A stretch of 63,747 bases of DNA, filler included, from Octopus bimaculoides (GCF_001194135.2; 4 parts of 4 records of this genome joined end to end with filler, not necessarily neighbours in it), one strand, 5' to 3'. Positions 1 through 15,105 are shown, numbered from the whole stretch's first letter. Translations and numbers: made by a program. Notes: generated from the sequence alone by a model not told the origin.

Positions 1-118
1 TTGTAACATATCTACATTATATGACAATAAAAATACGTTTCATTCTGATGCATTTTATCAACCTTGGTATTCAAAATAAATTACCAATATGACAGTAAAT
101 CAAGAGACAGTATCGTAC

Positions 119-290
119 CTCACTCCTCGCTTCCGTTTCATTGGTTCCATATGAAACAGCAAAGACCAGACCATTGAAAGTGTCTTTCTCCACTTTGGCA
201 GCACCAATAGCAAGATTGGAATACGAAACCGCGACTTGCTGCTTTTCCAGTGGAATCTTTTCTGGGATTATTTCTATAATGTCCAGCATT
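119..290 (-). CDS. Copy A exon, GAIN domain ([57 protein letters not shown])
   Basis: 172 nt, cacAG acceptor and GTACGA donor, phase 2 to 0. Paralogue at 21856-22027 has the same length. Resembles ADGRG-type GAIN sequence. Confidence 0.88.
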
Positions 291-2053
291 CTGTGAGGAA
301 ATCAAGAAAACAAGGTTCAAATGACAGTGTGGTTCAAATACGTAATTAGTTATAGGTGTAATTACACTAATTATATTAATTAGCAAATCTTTATTAACAC
401 GACTGCTGTTAATGTTGCTTCTGTTGTTTTAACCGTTATTGCTGCTAATGTCATTACAACACCACCACCAACACTACCTCCACCTACCCACTCATCAATT
501 ACCACCACCACCACCACCACCACCACTACTACTACTACTACTTCTGATGCTACTGCTACTGCCGCTGTTGCTTCTGCATTAATAACAGATGTGATCTGAA
601 TTTTACCTGCTAACGAGTTTCATAGACTGTTCTGCTCCGACCAAATTTTCCTGTGGTATGTTCATAATTAGGCTGACAATAGGAAGTATATTCCACAGTG
701 TTATTTCCACGGGCACATTCGGTATCAATGGCACCATTTTCTCATTAATGACTACAACGAAGTCAGCATTTTGTTGTAAAGTCTCTGTTACCTCTGAAAT
801 TTTCGAAATCATTTTGGCAACCAGTTCAATATTTTCTGTAACGAAAAATTTAACAAAATTCAAGGGAATTTACAGCCATTTTGAGAGGAAATATTAGATG
901 CAAATTAAACACTATAGGACAATTAATGTTGTTGGCACTCCGTCGCTTACGACGTCGAGGGTTCCAGTTGATGCGATCAACGGAACAGCCTGCTCGTGAA
1001 ATTAACGCGCAAGTGGCTGAGCACTCCACAGACACGTGTACCCTTAACGTAGTTCTCGGGGATATTCAGCGTGACACAGTGTGACAAGGCTGACCCCTTT
1101 GAATTACAGGTACAACAGAAACAGGAAGTAAGAGTGAGAGAAAGTTGTGGTGGAAAAGTACAGCAGGGTTCGCTATCATCCCCTGCTGGAGCCTCGTGGA
1201 GCTTTAGGTGTTTTCGCTCAATAAACACTCACAACGCCCGGTCTGGGAATCNNNNNNNNNNNNNNNNNNNNNNNNNNNNNNNNNNNNNNNNNNNNNNNNN
1301 NNNNNNNNNNNNNNNNNNNNNNNNNNNNNNNNNNNNNNNNNNNNNNNNNNNNNNNNNNNNNNNNNNNNNNNNNNNNNNNNNNNNNNNNNNNNNNNNNNNN
1401 NNNNNNNNNNNNNNNNNNNNNNNNNNNNNNNNNNNNNNNNNNNNNNNNNNNNNNNNNNNNNNNNNNNNNNNNNNNNNNNNNNNNNNNNNNNNNNNNNNNN
1501 NNNNNNNNNNNNNNNNNNNNNNNNNNNNNNNNNNNNNNNNNNNNNNNNNNNNNNNNNNNNNNNNNNNNNNNNNNNNNNNNNNNNNNNNNNNNNNNNNNNN
1601 NNNNNNNNNNNNNNNNNNNNNNNNNNNNNNNNNNNNNNNNNNNNNNNNNNNNNNNNNNNNNNNNNNNNNNNNNNNNNNNNNNNNNNNNNNNNNNNNNNNN
1701 NNNNNNNNNNNNNNNNNNNNNNNNNNNNNNNNNNNNNNNNNNNNNNNNNNNNNNNNNNNNNNNNNNNNNNNNNNNNNNNNNNNNNNNNNNNNNNNNNNNN
1801 NNNNNNNNNNNNNNNNNNNNNNNNNNNNNNNNNNNNNNNNNNNNNNNNNNNNNNNNNNNNNNNNNNNNNNNNNNNNNNNNNNNNNNNNNNNNNNNNNNNN
1901 NNNNNNNNNNNNNNNNNNNNNNNNNNNNNNNNNNNNNNNNNNNNNNNNNNNNNNNNNNNNNNNNNNNNNNNNNNNNNNNNNNNNNNNNNNNNNNNNNNNN
2001 NNNNNNNNNNNNNNNNNNNNNNNNNNNNNNNNNNNNNNNNNNNNNNNNNNNNN

Positions 2054-2088
<35 letters not shown>

Positions 2089-2625
2089 TACGACGGGCTT
2101 CTTTCAGTTTCCGTCTACCAAATCCGCTCACAAGGCTTTGGTTGGCCCGAGGCTATAGTAGAAGACACTTGCCCAAGATGCCACGCAGTGGGACTGAACC
2201 CGGAACCATGTGGTTAGTAAGCGAGCTACTTACCACACAGTCACTCCTGGAATGTAAACTAGCAGTGTTATAGAATTTGAACTGATGGGCATTAATTCTA
2301 TAATCCTAATCTCTATAGGTATTTTATTTACTAGACTGTATAAGATTCTCTCACAAAAAGATGAAAGTGAAAACTTCAAAATTTGTGAAGAGAGAAAACA
2401 ATAGAAACGAACCAGTGTCTTGTTGCTTCATTTGTGTGACATGTAATTGTCGCAGTTTTTCGTATTTCTGTCATTGGCCAATGCAAAGTGCCATTGTTGG
2501 TTGATGTGTCTTCATTACAAATCTCTGAAAAAGATACAAAACGTAGATATATGAGATATACACGTGAGAAGACTTCAGCGTAATTTATATATATACTGAT
2601 TAAGTAATTGTAATTTAATCAATGC

Positions 2626-2684
<59 letters not shown>

Positions 2685-5127
2685 AAGAAGAAGAAGAAGA
2701 AGAAGAAGAAGAAGAAGAAGAAGAAGAAGAAGAAGAAGAAGAAGAAGAGAAGAAAACGAAGAGGAGGAGGAAGAGTTCGGATGTGCTAACTGGTTTGATT
2801 TATTATCATATATGAACCGATATACTCTCATAGTAACGCAAAATCGTCTGAATATGTAACAAAGGTCATTTTATTGGTTACTTTTCTTGAGGCAAGCCAG
2901 GTGTGACCTCACCATCGAACTATTAGCGAATTCGCTCAAAAGGGGGTTCGCAATAAATTTTATATTTTCCTTGTATGATATTTCCAGAAAGAAATATTTA
3001 CTTCTTTAGTGACAGACGTACAATGTATTAACATTTATGACAGTATTAACATATATTAACATGTATTAACATGTATGACAGTATTAACATATATTAACAT
3101 GTACTAACATATATTAACATGTATTAACATGTATGACAGGCAGTCATTGAAAGCGGTAGATGCTGATTAAAGAAGGAAGATCCGAGTTTGATTTTCTGTA
3201 TAGGAAATGTTTAATTTTCAGAATACGTAAGCTCAACTATTTTGAGTATGTGATCGAGAATCAAAACTTGTGGTTAATATCAGCAGAATTAACAATTAGA
3301 ATAGAGTTTGATATTTATATTGGGCACACAGCAGTGATACAGTTTCGCACTGTTACTCACAATTTTACATGTCATTATAACTTTCCGAAACATTCTACCG
3401 TTTTACCTCAAATCTGTAAAGCTCCAATGGCCAAAATGAACGCCTGTAAATGAAAGCTTAAAATGTTAGAAATACAAGCTATTACAGTAACATTATTGTC
3501 AGAATGTTACTGTTGTTTTTGCATCAAATAGGAGTAGCTGTGTGGTAAGTAGCTTGCTTACCAAACCACATGGTTCCGGGTTCAGTCCCACTGCGTGGCA
3601 CCTTGGGCAAGTGTCTTCTACTATAGCCTCGGGCCGACCAAAGCCTTGTGAGTGGATTTGGTACACGGAAACTGATGCTGGTGTGTTTATGTACCCGTAA
3701 CTTAGCAGTTCGGCAAAAGAGACCGATAGAATAAGTACTAGGCTTCCAAAGAATAAGTCCTGGGATCGATTTGCTCGACTAGAGGCGGTGCTCCAGCATG
3801 GCCACAGTCAAATGACTGAAACAAGTAAAAGAGTAAAAGAGTAAAAGAGTTAGGTAATATGGAAAATACTTCCGATATTGTGGTCGAAATTGCAGTACAA
3901 AACATAGTACAAGACTTCTGATGAAGGTATGACTCTTCAAGGTTCAAAGGCCTTGAAGACTCAAAACTTTTCATACATCCCTCGTATATGTATGTGTACG
4001 CGTGTGTGTACGTCTGTATGTTAAGCCTCAATGGTATCACTTACATGATGATGTCGACAATAATGAAGGAGATGGTATGTGATCGCTATAAAACGTTAAG
4101 AAACTCACTACTTACTTTCACCGAAAACCTTACTTTTCTGAATTCCCATATTACGCAATGCTTGGGATTTGTCCAAAATTGGGTCGATTTCCTGCAAAAC
4201 TTGATCTTTAGTACTTTTAATGTTAGTTATATAGTAAATAGTAAATATCACTAGACTATTCTTGGAACTGAAATGGAATCGATTTTCGTTTTTTTTAGTT
4301 TCAGCAACGCTAACCAGAATATTTTAGTACATGTCAATCAAATTGGTTTTAAAGATATTGATCTTATTCTCGTAACAAACGTTTAAACTTTCGCGTTATG
4401 AAATACGGTCAACTGATTGACCAGACAAAATTTCATTCATACATAATGGATGCCAAGGTACCAAGACTAGTGTGTGTCAAACCTAATTCCTTTAGTTTGA
4501 GTGTGGTTCCTATTATTACCTTGTTAATTACTCGTGTTAATTACTCGTGTTAATATAATAACCTGCATCCATACTCCAAAATATAATCGATCGTATTCAT
4601 GTTAAAAATCAATCAATCAATATATACATATAAACATGTATGCATATGTTCTATATATTACTGACAGTGGAGGCGCAATGGCCCAGTGGTTAGGGCAGCG
4701 GACTCGCGGTCATAGGATCGCGGTTTCGATTCCCAGACCGGGCGTTCTTCGATGAAATTTCCCCAAGACACCTGATGAAGGCTGGAGGGTATATCAGCCG
4801 AAACCTTGTGTTAACAACAAACAAGATGAGGACAAATATCACTCAAATGTAAATAAATTAAATAATGTAAATAATGAGCACGGTTATTTTATTATAATTG
4901 AAATATACAGTAAAAAACACTTGAATGTTTTAAGCAAAAATAAACAAATTACGAATAAAGTTGGTAAATGTTTTTACTTACCTACAATATTCAACTTTAA
5001 ATTCTCCTCGTTTCAAGCGTGATAATTCCTNNNNNNNNNNNNNNNNNNNNNNNNNNNNNNNNNNNNNNNNNNNNNNNNNNNNNNNNNNNNNNNNNNNNNN
5101 NNNNATATATAGTTGTGTGTGTGTTTT

Positions 5128-5175
<48 letters not shown>

Positions 5176-8100
5176 TGCATATATACAGGGTGCGGCAGAA
5201 GTACTGCCATTTTTATGTAGTAATTTTTATAGTACAGAAAAAATTGTTTAGTAATATTGTATTGTACAAAAAATTATTACACTACTTAAAGAATTGAAAA
5301 AAAAATTATGAAAATAAATTGCAGTCATTTTTAGAAATTTATTAAATATTGCTCCATCAAAATAACTTAATCTATTATAGAAAAACAACAAAATTCAATT
5401 GACATGTTCAAAACGCTCCCCTTCGTTTTCAGTTCGATGCTGGGACATATCAGCAAAATTTCTACAAACCATTTGACACATTTCCACGTTAATTGCAGAA
5501 ACTTAGTCAGAAATTGGTTGTATTAATTCATGAATTGTTTTCGGTTTGAGGAAGCAAACAAGATCTTTCAATACTTCCACAAGAAAACGTCAAGTAGTGT
5601 CAGGTCTGATGATCGTGATCAGCACCAATAAATATCGATCGTGATTTCCCTTATTCGCCTGTCTAACTAGCTAGCTCTCTTTGTCTCCCTCTCTCTATAT
5701 ATCACACTCACTCTCTATTGTTTTCACTTTCCTTTTTCAGACGCTATTCTCAACACCTTCAGTTTTCAGAATGTTTTTTCACTTTAACTTCAGTCATAAC
5801 TGTTTTCACTGTAAGTTTAAGTTTTCAATCGCTATTTACAAACGCACACCTATAAATTACTGACAGAAGGAATTTCACAATCATTGATGTAATTTCATGA
5901 TTTACTGATAGAAGTATCTTCATAAATTTCACTTCAATCCGTACGGTTTTGTGTTTTCTGTTGTTGATGTTTTTTTTTCTCTTTCCTTCGATACTGGCTC
6001 TTTGGTTCACTGAGTGACAAATTTCAATTCAACCTGTACAATACTTTATTTTCCGTTAACATTTCTTATTTACTTTCTGCTCGTCGTATTAAGAAACATA
6101 ATTTTTGTTACCAAGTTACTTTCATTGTATACTATCTTCTTTCACTCCTGTATTTCTGTATACGTATATAAGCATGCCTAGAAGGAAAGTGTCAAATTTG
6201 TCAACAATATCAAAGTCAGCCAAAATAATGTCGCTGTGCGGGGAAAGGGAGAGGGCGGCAGAAAGGGAAGCACGCCAAGAAACGAACAGACTGTGTACCA
6301 CAAAACTCAGAGCATCTCAAAGTGATGAGCGGAGATATGTACGAGGGACAAGGAATAGGATCTCCACTGCAGAAGGAAGAGCAGTTGCAACAGCGTAGAG
6401 TAGAAACTTCTTCAGGGTATTTAAGATATGTGTGCCAACACGACCGAGACCTGCAACTGAGCATTTGATACCATTTGACACCAAAGCATATATTGGCACA
6501 CTGTTTAAACAAAAGAGAGTTTCTAACCAAATGAATAATGTAGTCTACTAAATGTATTGAATTCATTACTTAGTTGGCGTTTGACGTTTGTTTTATATGA
6601 CATGTGTGCGTGTTTGTATGTGTGTGAGAGAGATAGTTAGAGTGAGAGAGAGAGAGAGACAAAGAGAGACAACAAAAGAAAACGTGTGTCTACTCACAAC
6701 TCTAGATACATTTTCAGCAAAGGTTTTCTTTTCATTGAACTTTTTGGCTGGGTCCATGGTATAAATCAGATGAAATTCAAAGGAATTGGTCCAACCTATT
6801 CAAGAATATGAAATTAAACTGAGATATTGCGATTATAAATGTGATACATGTCACAGATGCACTGAGTGGTATATGCAATGAACATAAAAATTTAGATATC
6901 CGCTTCTTTAATATCCCTTAATTAAACCAATACCTAAGATCAGTTGAAGTGGCTCTATAATACTGTATACTATGATTAATATACCCTTTTTTGTTGGCAC
7001 TCCGTCGGTTACGACGACGAGGGTTCCAGTTGATCCGATCAACGGAACAGTCTGCTCGTGAAATTAAAGTGTACGTGGCTGAGCACTCCACAGACACGTA
7101 TACCCTTAACGTAGTTCTCGGGGGAGATTCAGCGTGACACAGAGTGTGACAAGGCTGGCCCTTTGAAATACAGGTACAACAGGGTACAACAGAAACAGGA
7201 AGTAAGAGTGAGAGAAAGTTGTGGTGGAAGAGTACAGCAGGGTTCGCCACCATCCCCTGCCGGAGCCTCGTGGGGCTTTAGGTGTCTTCGCTCAATAAAT
7301 ACTCACAACGCCCGGTCTGGGAATCGAAACCGCGATCCACTGGGCCATTTCTCCTCCACGATTAATATACCCAGTTTACTAACAAATATGCAAGTGCATA
7401 TCTTTTTGCCTTATTGATTCTTAGGGCGGTAGAGACAGGTGATATTATGCAATGTTCTTATTAATCATTCATGCGTAATAAATCAGGTGTAATTATATCA
7501 CAAAATAAACAACAATTACCCATGAAATCATTCTTGTTACATAGGTTTCCGCTGCAGCAAGCTACACACGAAGTGCCATTGGCCCATTCATTGCATGTAG
7601 AAGTATTGTTTCTCATAGCTTCAAGGCAGTTTCTGTATGTGCTGCAAGATCTTTCAAACTTCAGTGTGACGCTATTCATTGATAGTTTATATTGGCATAC
7701 AGGCTGTAACAATAAATATTAAAGTCATATACTACTACTACAGCAATTGATACTACTACTGCTGCTGTTAGTAACAACAACAGCAACTTTGAATCATTGT
7801 TACAAAAATTATTCAAAACATCAAATACAATCGAAGCAAATTGATAAGGTTTTGGAAGATGACTGTAATTACCTGTAAAATATAACATATTCCACTGATA
7901 AAGGATGTTGTATAATTCCTTACACTAGCCAAATTTCTCATACTATATGTAAATACGGCCATCAACGCATGGCCCCTTTAAACGCCACACAGATCTATCT
8001 CCAATCATCAAGCTCAAAATATGACAAATTATTCTACTAAAAACAGTATTATTTTGCTAAAGCTTCTTGAAAGGGAAAGCTTTATCAATGTTTCGTACCA

Positions 8101-10035
8101 AATATCAAGCGTTCAAATATCATAAACAGCAGAAAGAAAGACACTGGTGCACTTCATAAAGGAAGATAGCCATAATTTAGTTTGGGACGAAATTCCTCAA
8201 GCCTTGATATGCAAAACCAAAATTTCATAAAGGGAAAGCTACATGATCATACTGATTTTGTGTTGATGGCTATGAATATAATTTAACAGAAAATAAGAAT
8301 GTAAGATTTATAGCTTACCGATTCTCCTGTACAGTTTGTCACTTGTGAATCCTTGCACATCATCTCTGAACATGTCTGACATTGCAAATTCTTTTGAAAT
8401 AACGAGTAATCTACAGAATATAAAATAATATCCGTATTTAGGGACCAAATAGTGTAAAGTATAGCAACAGGAGGAATTATTTACTTTGTGATGCATACGT
8501 GTTAGTATTATATATACTAGATATATAAATGTAATTAACAATTAAAACTGCTTTTATATTCGTTTGAAAATGTTTCAGTTTTGTACAAATTCAACTAAGA
8601 AAAGCATGAAAGCTACTTCCTGTTTTTCATGTTTATCCCGCTTTCACGAAGATGGGAAAATCCTGGAATTACCCAAATGAAACTAAGTAGTTCAAAGCGA
8701 TGCAAACGTTGATGTAGAGTATGCCCCCTTAAAAAAAAAACCTTTGAATATCTTTTAAATTATATCACAGAAAGCTCCTTCATAGTGTCCTGTCAGAAGC
8801 AACCGTCATAACACTTTCCAAGTGAATTCCCATGCGTGACCACCTCCTGAGACTCTGTATATCATCCAACCACCTCGTTCTTGCTTTACAAATAGGTTCT
8901 CTGACAGTTAAATCGGTTCGATGAATCAGCCTTGTGATTCTCATAATTTAATCATATGTCCATAGCTGTGACCTCTAAGTGTTCTCCTAGCTATGCACCC
9001 TGCTGTGTAATGTTATTCCAGAAGCCCTTTGGACTAACCCCATTTCAGCCGTTTTTATTCGCGATCGTACTTTTTCTGTCGTTAGCCAACAGTAATTCCC
9101 ATACATACGAGAAAAGGTACGAACACCAAAGTGAAGTCATAGTTTTGGCTTTGATGCTACAAACATATACTGTTTTGAATCCTGGATCAATTGTTTTATA
9201 TCAGGAGGTTTATTATGCTAATGTGGAGGCGCAATGGCCCAGTAGTTAGGGCAGCGGACTCGCGATCATAGGATCGCGGTTTCGATTCCCAGACCGGGCA
9301 TTGTGAGTGATTTTTGAGCGAAAACGCCTAAAGCTCCACGAGGCTCCGGCAGGGGATGGTGGCGAACCCTGCTGTACTCTTCCACCACAACTTTCTCTCA
9401 TTCTTACTTCCTGTTTCTGTTGTACCTGTAATTCAAAGGTTCAGCTTTGTTACACTCTGTCACGCTGAATCTCCCCGAGAACTACGTTAAGGGTACACGT
9501 GTCTGTGGAGTACTCAGCCACTTACACGTTAATTTCACGAGCAGGCTGTNNNNNNNNNNCTGTGGAGTACTCAGCCACTTACACGTTAATTTCACGAGCA
9601 GGCTGTTCCGTTGATCGGATCAACTGGAACCCTCGTCGTCGTACGCGACGGAGTGCCTTCCTTCCCTATTATGCTAATAATAAACACACGCCGCTTTGGT
9701 TCTACTTCATTTGTATTCGCCAGCTGGTCAGCTATTTAATTATTTAATCTACTGCTTTATTAGTCATCCAATATTTAATTATTTAATCTACTCCTTAATT
9801 AGTCATTCAATAAATCACTCGACCAGTTATGGTTGTCTAAGACCTTTTCGTTCTCATTTGTGACCTCTTCAATAACAGGGAGTGTGTGTTTTAGTGTGTG
9901 TGTGTGTATGTGAGTGTGAGCGTGTTCATACATGCGTTCACGCTGGTGTGTATGTTGGGATGTGAGCATGTGTGATACAGTTCATTCTGTGAGTGCATTA
10001 AAAAGAATATGCGCACGCATGTGTGTGTGTGTGTG

Positions 10036-10068
<33 letters not shown>

Positions 10069-10077
10069 GTGTTTGTT

Positions 10078-10113
<36 letters not shown>

Positions 10114-13100
10114 TGTGTGTGTGTGTGTGTGTGTGCACTTGCATCTTGCATTCATATCTGTGTGGGGCGTTGGATGTGTGAAGAGTGTAGATGGTAAAGA
10201 GTTAATTTCTTTATATCTTTATCTATTGGTTCCACTTTCATAAAACATTACATTTTGAGCAGCAGAACATGACGTGGCGTTTGGTAAAAGTTAAAAAAAA
10301 AAAACGACAAAAGTGAGTAAGATTTTACTAACTTTTACATTTGGAATATTGCATTATGGGTATTACTTCGTCTTGTTTATTTGCCGAATCTGTATGACAC
10401 TTGCCCAGGACTTTCACGGTTCTTTCGTATGTACTGTTCATATAATGTACCATGGCCGGCAGGTGACATCCACACATCATGTCATTATTACCTTTAAGGT
10501 CACTGTAATTATAAGGAGAACTTTAATACTGAAGACTCTTCAGGTCAAAAGAGAAACTCTAACTGGATTTCACAAGAAACAAGGATTATATAATTTCATT
10601 GAGTGTATAGAAGTCACGGCATGTAGACACACGTATGTATGTATATTATGAATACATGCACATGCACATACACACATACGTGTGTAGGCCACTGAAGTTA
10701 CTACTCCTGTGTTTTACGTGTATTGTTATAGTGCATGAAATTAGATCTATCAACCCTCATTCTATTCAAAAGCAGACTTTACAATGACAAAACACATACA
10801 TGGAAATAATTGTTTTGACCTATTAACATTTAAACAAACTCATTGCTATTCATTCTTAATTGTATTAAGCAATTGTGATTTTGATGTTCTCTATTTATGA
10901 TATGAGATTCGCAAAATGTTTTACTTTTCCAAGAAATAAAGATATTTGTTGTACATACATCTCCTTTACGCTGGGAAGGAATAAGAAAGCGTCATCCTCA
11001 ACCTTTTGTATTTGGTTTCTGCTCAAATTTCTGAAAGAGAGGAACAAATATAAGTTGTAATTCGGATTAGTGAAAAAAACAGATTTCTCCTGTCAAATAC
11101 TTTCTAAATTTCTCTTTAGCCAACGCTGACAGAATAAATGCTCGTGTTCACTGTACAGTTGTTTATTTTTCTGTATGGATCTCCTGGCTGTGTAATTTAC
11201 ACAGGAACAGGGTCGATCAATCTAGCTTAAATATGCTGAGTGAAGGGTAAATCTTCCCTAGTAAAACAACAAAAGATGGATGATGATAAATTATAAGAAT
11301 AACAACACAAAATTGTTATGTGCACAATATTGGTTTTACATTACATCCTCCTCTATGATACAAACGTCATTTTCATTCCATAGTCCAATAACAATACAAT
11401 AATATAAGAATACGAACATAGCAGAGTTTGAACTCAGGACGTAGCATCGGGTGAATTACTGTTAAAAATCTTCGTCCAGCGTTCTAACGCTTCTGCCAGT
11501 TCACAGCCTTTCACTTACGGAATAATACTAAACGTTTAAGTAGCCACAGACATTAGTAAATCTGAGACACATTTGCACACCCTTTCAGACACAAATAGAG
11601 AGATACTGTTAGATAAAAAAAGAGACGGAGAAAAAATCTGGGCAAACATATATTACTTAGAAATACATTAGGTCATACTATATGTAATGCGACTTTTTGT
11701 ATTTCTTTTATTTATCAAAATTAAGATAAACTATGTTCTTTTTAAATCTAAAATATACTCTCTTTTATTTCTTTTCTATCTCGTAGGCTTGCAATGCCGC
11801 CCCCACCCCACCTTCCAAAATTTACGCAAGTATCTATGAATGGTTGACTGACAGAATTGAAGCTCATCTACTAGGTCCTCAACAGTTACAATAGCATTTT
11901 GGCCCGCCAGGTTCTGCAGGTCGTCCTCGTTCAGCTCTAGAGATGTTCCAAGATGAAACTGGTCTTCTAGGCTGTAGTTTCCGGCTCGGGATTTCTGGAG
12001 CTACCGTTGACACTGTCTTACGCTAATTGTCCGATCCCCGTATACTGCACTTTCCGTTGCATTTTTGGCTTTATTGCTCCCATGCATGAAAATTTACCGA
12101 AAATGCACCTCTGCAACTTCCATTATAGATTTGAAAAAATAAATGTTAAACCTGAATCGCACCCTTCAAAACGTACACTAGCAACTTGTTGGATGTAGTT
12201 TTTTCCGTCCCCGCCCGAATTTTAGTCCATGCAATTGAAAAAGCCGCATTATTTAGAGGATAGCCCAATACAAAGTAAGAGTATCTGCAACACATATCTA
12301 ACTTACAGATTTTCAAGTTTCGTAAGATTTATGAAGAATCTTTGTCCAATATTCGAGATCAGATTTCCGGATAGATTTCTGTGAGATGAAGGAGAATTGA
12401 AAAGAAATTGTAGACAAGAAATTTCGGATGAAATATTATATGTTACGCCTAATTTATTAAATGCCAGAAGAGACAAGAAAGAACAAGAAGTGAAGAAATT
12501 ACATGATGATAATGATGGAAAGACATACAGTATTTAGAAATATTAAATAAATAGTATCAGCAACACACATCCAGCTTACAGCTTTTGTAACTTGGGCAAA
12601 TGTTCAAGGAATCCGGGTTCAATCGTCGATATATTATTGGATAGATCACTGTAAGACAAAACAGAATTGAAAAGAATTAGTACACTAGAAATTTGGGATG
12701 AAATATTAAATATTACGTCTAATTAATTACATGCCTTAAGAGAACTAAAAGTGGAGAAATTACATGATGATAACGATGAAGAATTTTCCGAAGAGTAAAA
12801 ACAAAATGTTTTATCAGTATTCTTTATCTTTTGTACCCCAAAGAAAAAGAGAATGGAGAAAATTATAGGAATATGTATATACATACACAAAGGCAGATAT
12901 ATAAATATGCACTCACGAAATAATCTTTGCTACTATAGGCACAAGGCCTAGACTTTTGTGGGGGGGGGGGGTCATTCGATTGGATTAACCCCGGTACGAA
13001 ACCGGCATTTAAAATCTGTAATCATCAAAAATACGAAAGGTAAAGTCGAACTCTGCAGAGTTTTAACTCAGGACGTCGCGGAAAGTGAATTACGGCTGAG

Positions 13101-15056
13101 AAATTCGTCCAGCGGTCTACCGATTCTACCAGTTCACCGCCTTTCACTTAAGTAATAATACTAAACGCTTATGTAGTCACAGACATTAATATATCTGAGA
13201 CATTTGCACACTCTTCCAGACGCATATAAGGAGATAATGTTAGATGAAAGACGAGACGTAGAAAAAAATATGAGCAAACCTTAAATTATTTAGAACTACA
13301 TGGGGTCATCCTATATATAATGCGAGTTTTTGTAATTCTTTTTGTTCATCAAATTTAAGATTTAAAAAAAATGTTCATTTTTAATCTAAGATATATTCCC
13401 CTTTATTTTTTTTTTCTATCTATCTCGTAGACATGGAAGGCACCCCGTGAAAAATTCAAGCACGTGTCTATGAATGGTTGAATGACAAAATTCAAGCTTA
13501 TCTACTAGATCTTCAACAGTTACGATATCATTTTGTTCCACCAGGCTCTGCTAGCGTTCTCGTGCAGCTCTACAGTTCTTCCAAGTGCAAATTCGTCATC
13601 TAAGCCATAATTTCCGGCTGGAATTTCTGGAACAACCGCTGACGCTCGTGTACGCTTATTGTCCTGTCCCCGTTTACTGCATTCATATTGCTAGCACTTT
13701 CTACTGCGTTGTTGGATTTATTGCATTTATAAAGGGAAATATACCGAATATGCTCTTTTATCACTTCCATTATAGATTTGAAACCAAAACTGAATTGCAG
13801 TCTTCAAAACGTGCACTAATAAATACAAGGTGAAATTATTACCTGCTTTTACAGCAAGTTGATGGAAGTAGTTCATCCCGTCCCCGTCCGACTTTTAGTT
13901 CATGCACTTGAAAAAGCCGCATTATTTAGAGGATGACTCAATAGAAAGTAATTGTGACAGCAACACATATCGAACTTACAGCTCTTCTAAATCTGGAAGA
14001 TTTTTGATGAATCCTTGTCCAATATTCGAGATCTGGTTATTGGATAGATCTCTGTAAAGTGAATGAGAAATGAAAAAGTATATAACAAAATACATTTGTG
14101 ATGAAATATTAAGTATCATATGTAATTAAATGCAGGAAGAGAACGGAAAGAATTAGAAATGAAAGAATTAGATGATATATATATATGTGTGTGTGTGTGT
14201 ATAAATATATATATAACTGCNNNNNNNNNNNNNNNNNNNNNNNNNNNNNNNNNNNNNNNNNNNNNNNNNNNNNNNNNNNNNNNNNNNNNNNNNNNNNNNN
14301 NNNNNNNNNNNNNNNNNNNNNNNNNNNNNNNNNNNNNNNNNNNNNNNNNNNNNNNNNNNNNNNNNNNNNNNNNNNNNNNNNNNNNNNNNNNNNNNNNNNN
14401 NNNNNNNNNNNNNNNNNNNNNNNNNNNNNNNNNNNNNNNNNNNNNNNNNNNNNNNNNNNNNNNNNNNNNNNNNNNNNNNNNNNNNNNNNNNNNNNNNNNN
14501 NNNNNNNNNNNNNNNNNNNNNNNNNNNNNNNNNNNNNNNNNNNNNNNNNNNNNNNNNNNNNNNNNNNNNNNNNNNNNNNNNNNNNNNNNNNNNNNNNNNN
14601 NNNNNNNNNNNNNNNNNNNNNNNNNNNNNNNNNNNNNNNNNNNNNNNNNNNNNNNNNNNNNNNNNNNNNNNNNNNNNNNNNNNNNNNNNNNNNNNNNNNN
14701 NNNNNNNNNNNNNNNNNNNNNNNNNNNNNNNNNNNNNNNNNNNNNNNNNNNNNNNNNNNNNNNNNNNNNNNNNNNNNNNNNNNNNNNNNNNNNNNNNNNN
14801 NNNNNNNNNNNNNNNNNNNNNNNNNNNNNNNNNNNNNNNNNNNNNNNNNNNNNNNNNNNNNNNNNNNNNNNNNNNNNNNNNNNNNNNNNNNNNNNNNNNN
14901 NNNNNNNNNNNNNNNNNNNNNNNNNNNNNNNNNNNNNNNNNNNNNNNNNNNNNNNNNNNNNNNNNNNNNNNNNNNNNNNNNNNNNNNNNNNNNNNNNNNN
15001 NNNNNNNNNNNNNNNNNNNNNNNNNNNNNNNNNNNNNNNNNNNNNNNNNNNNNNNN

Positions 15057-15105
<49 letters not shown>

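Noticed and set aside
460-575. Thr/Ala-rich trinucleotide tract as a mucin stalk exon (also 22190-22410)
   Set aside because: Thr-rich only on the plus strand, antisense to the gene, and the flanking exons join in phase without it. It is a shared intronic microsatellite.
1071-2273. Long ORFs in the track spanning N runs or microsatellites (for example 14109-15165, 55786-56769, 60086-60686)
   Set aside because: Artefacts of translating N gaps and simple repeats.
4681-4740. tRNA gene
   Set aside because: A/B-box tRNA-like head of a multi-copy SINE, without a complete cloverleaf or acceptor stem.
9499-9600. Direct repeats flanking short N gaps (also 49850-49975)
   Set aside because: Unmerged contig overlaps on either side of small gaps.
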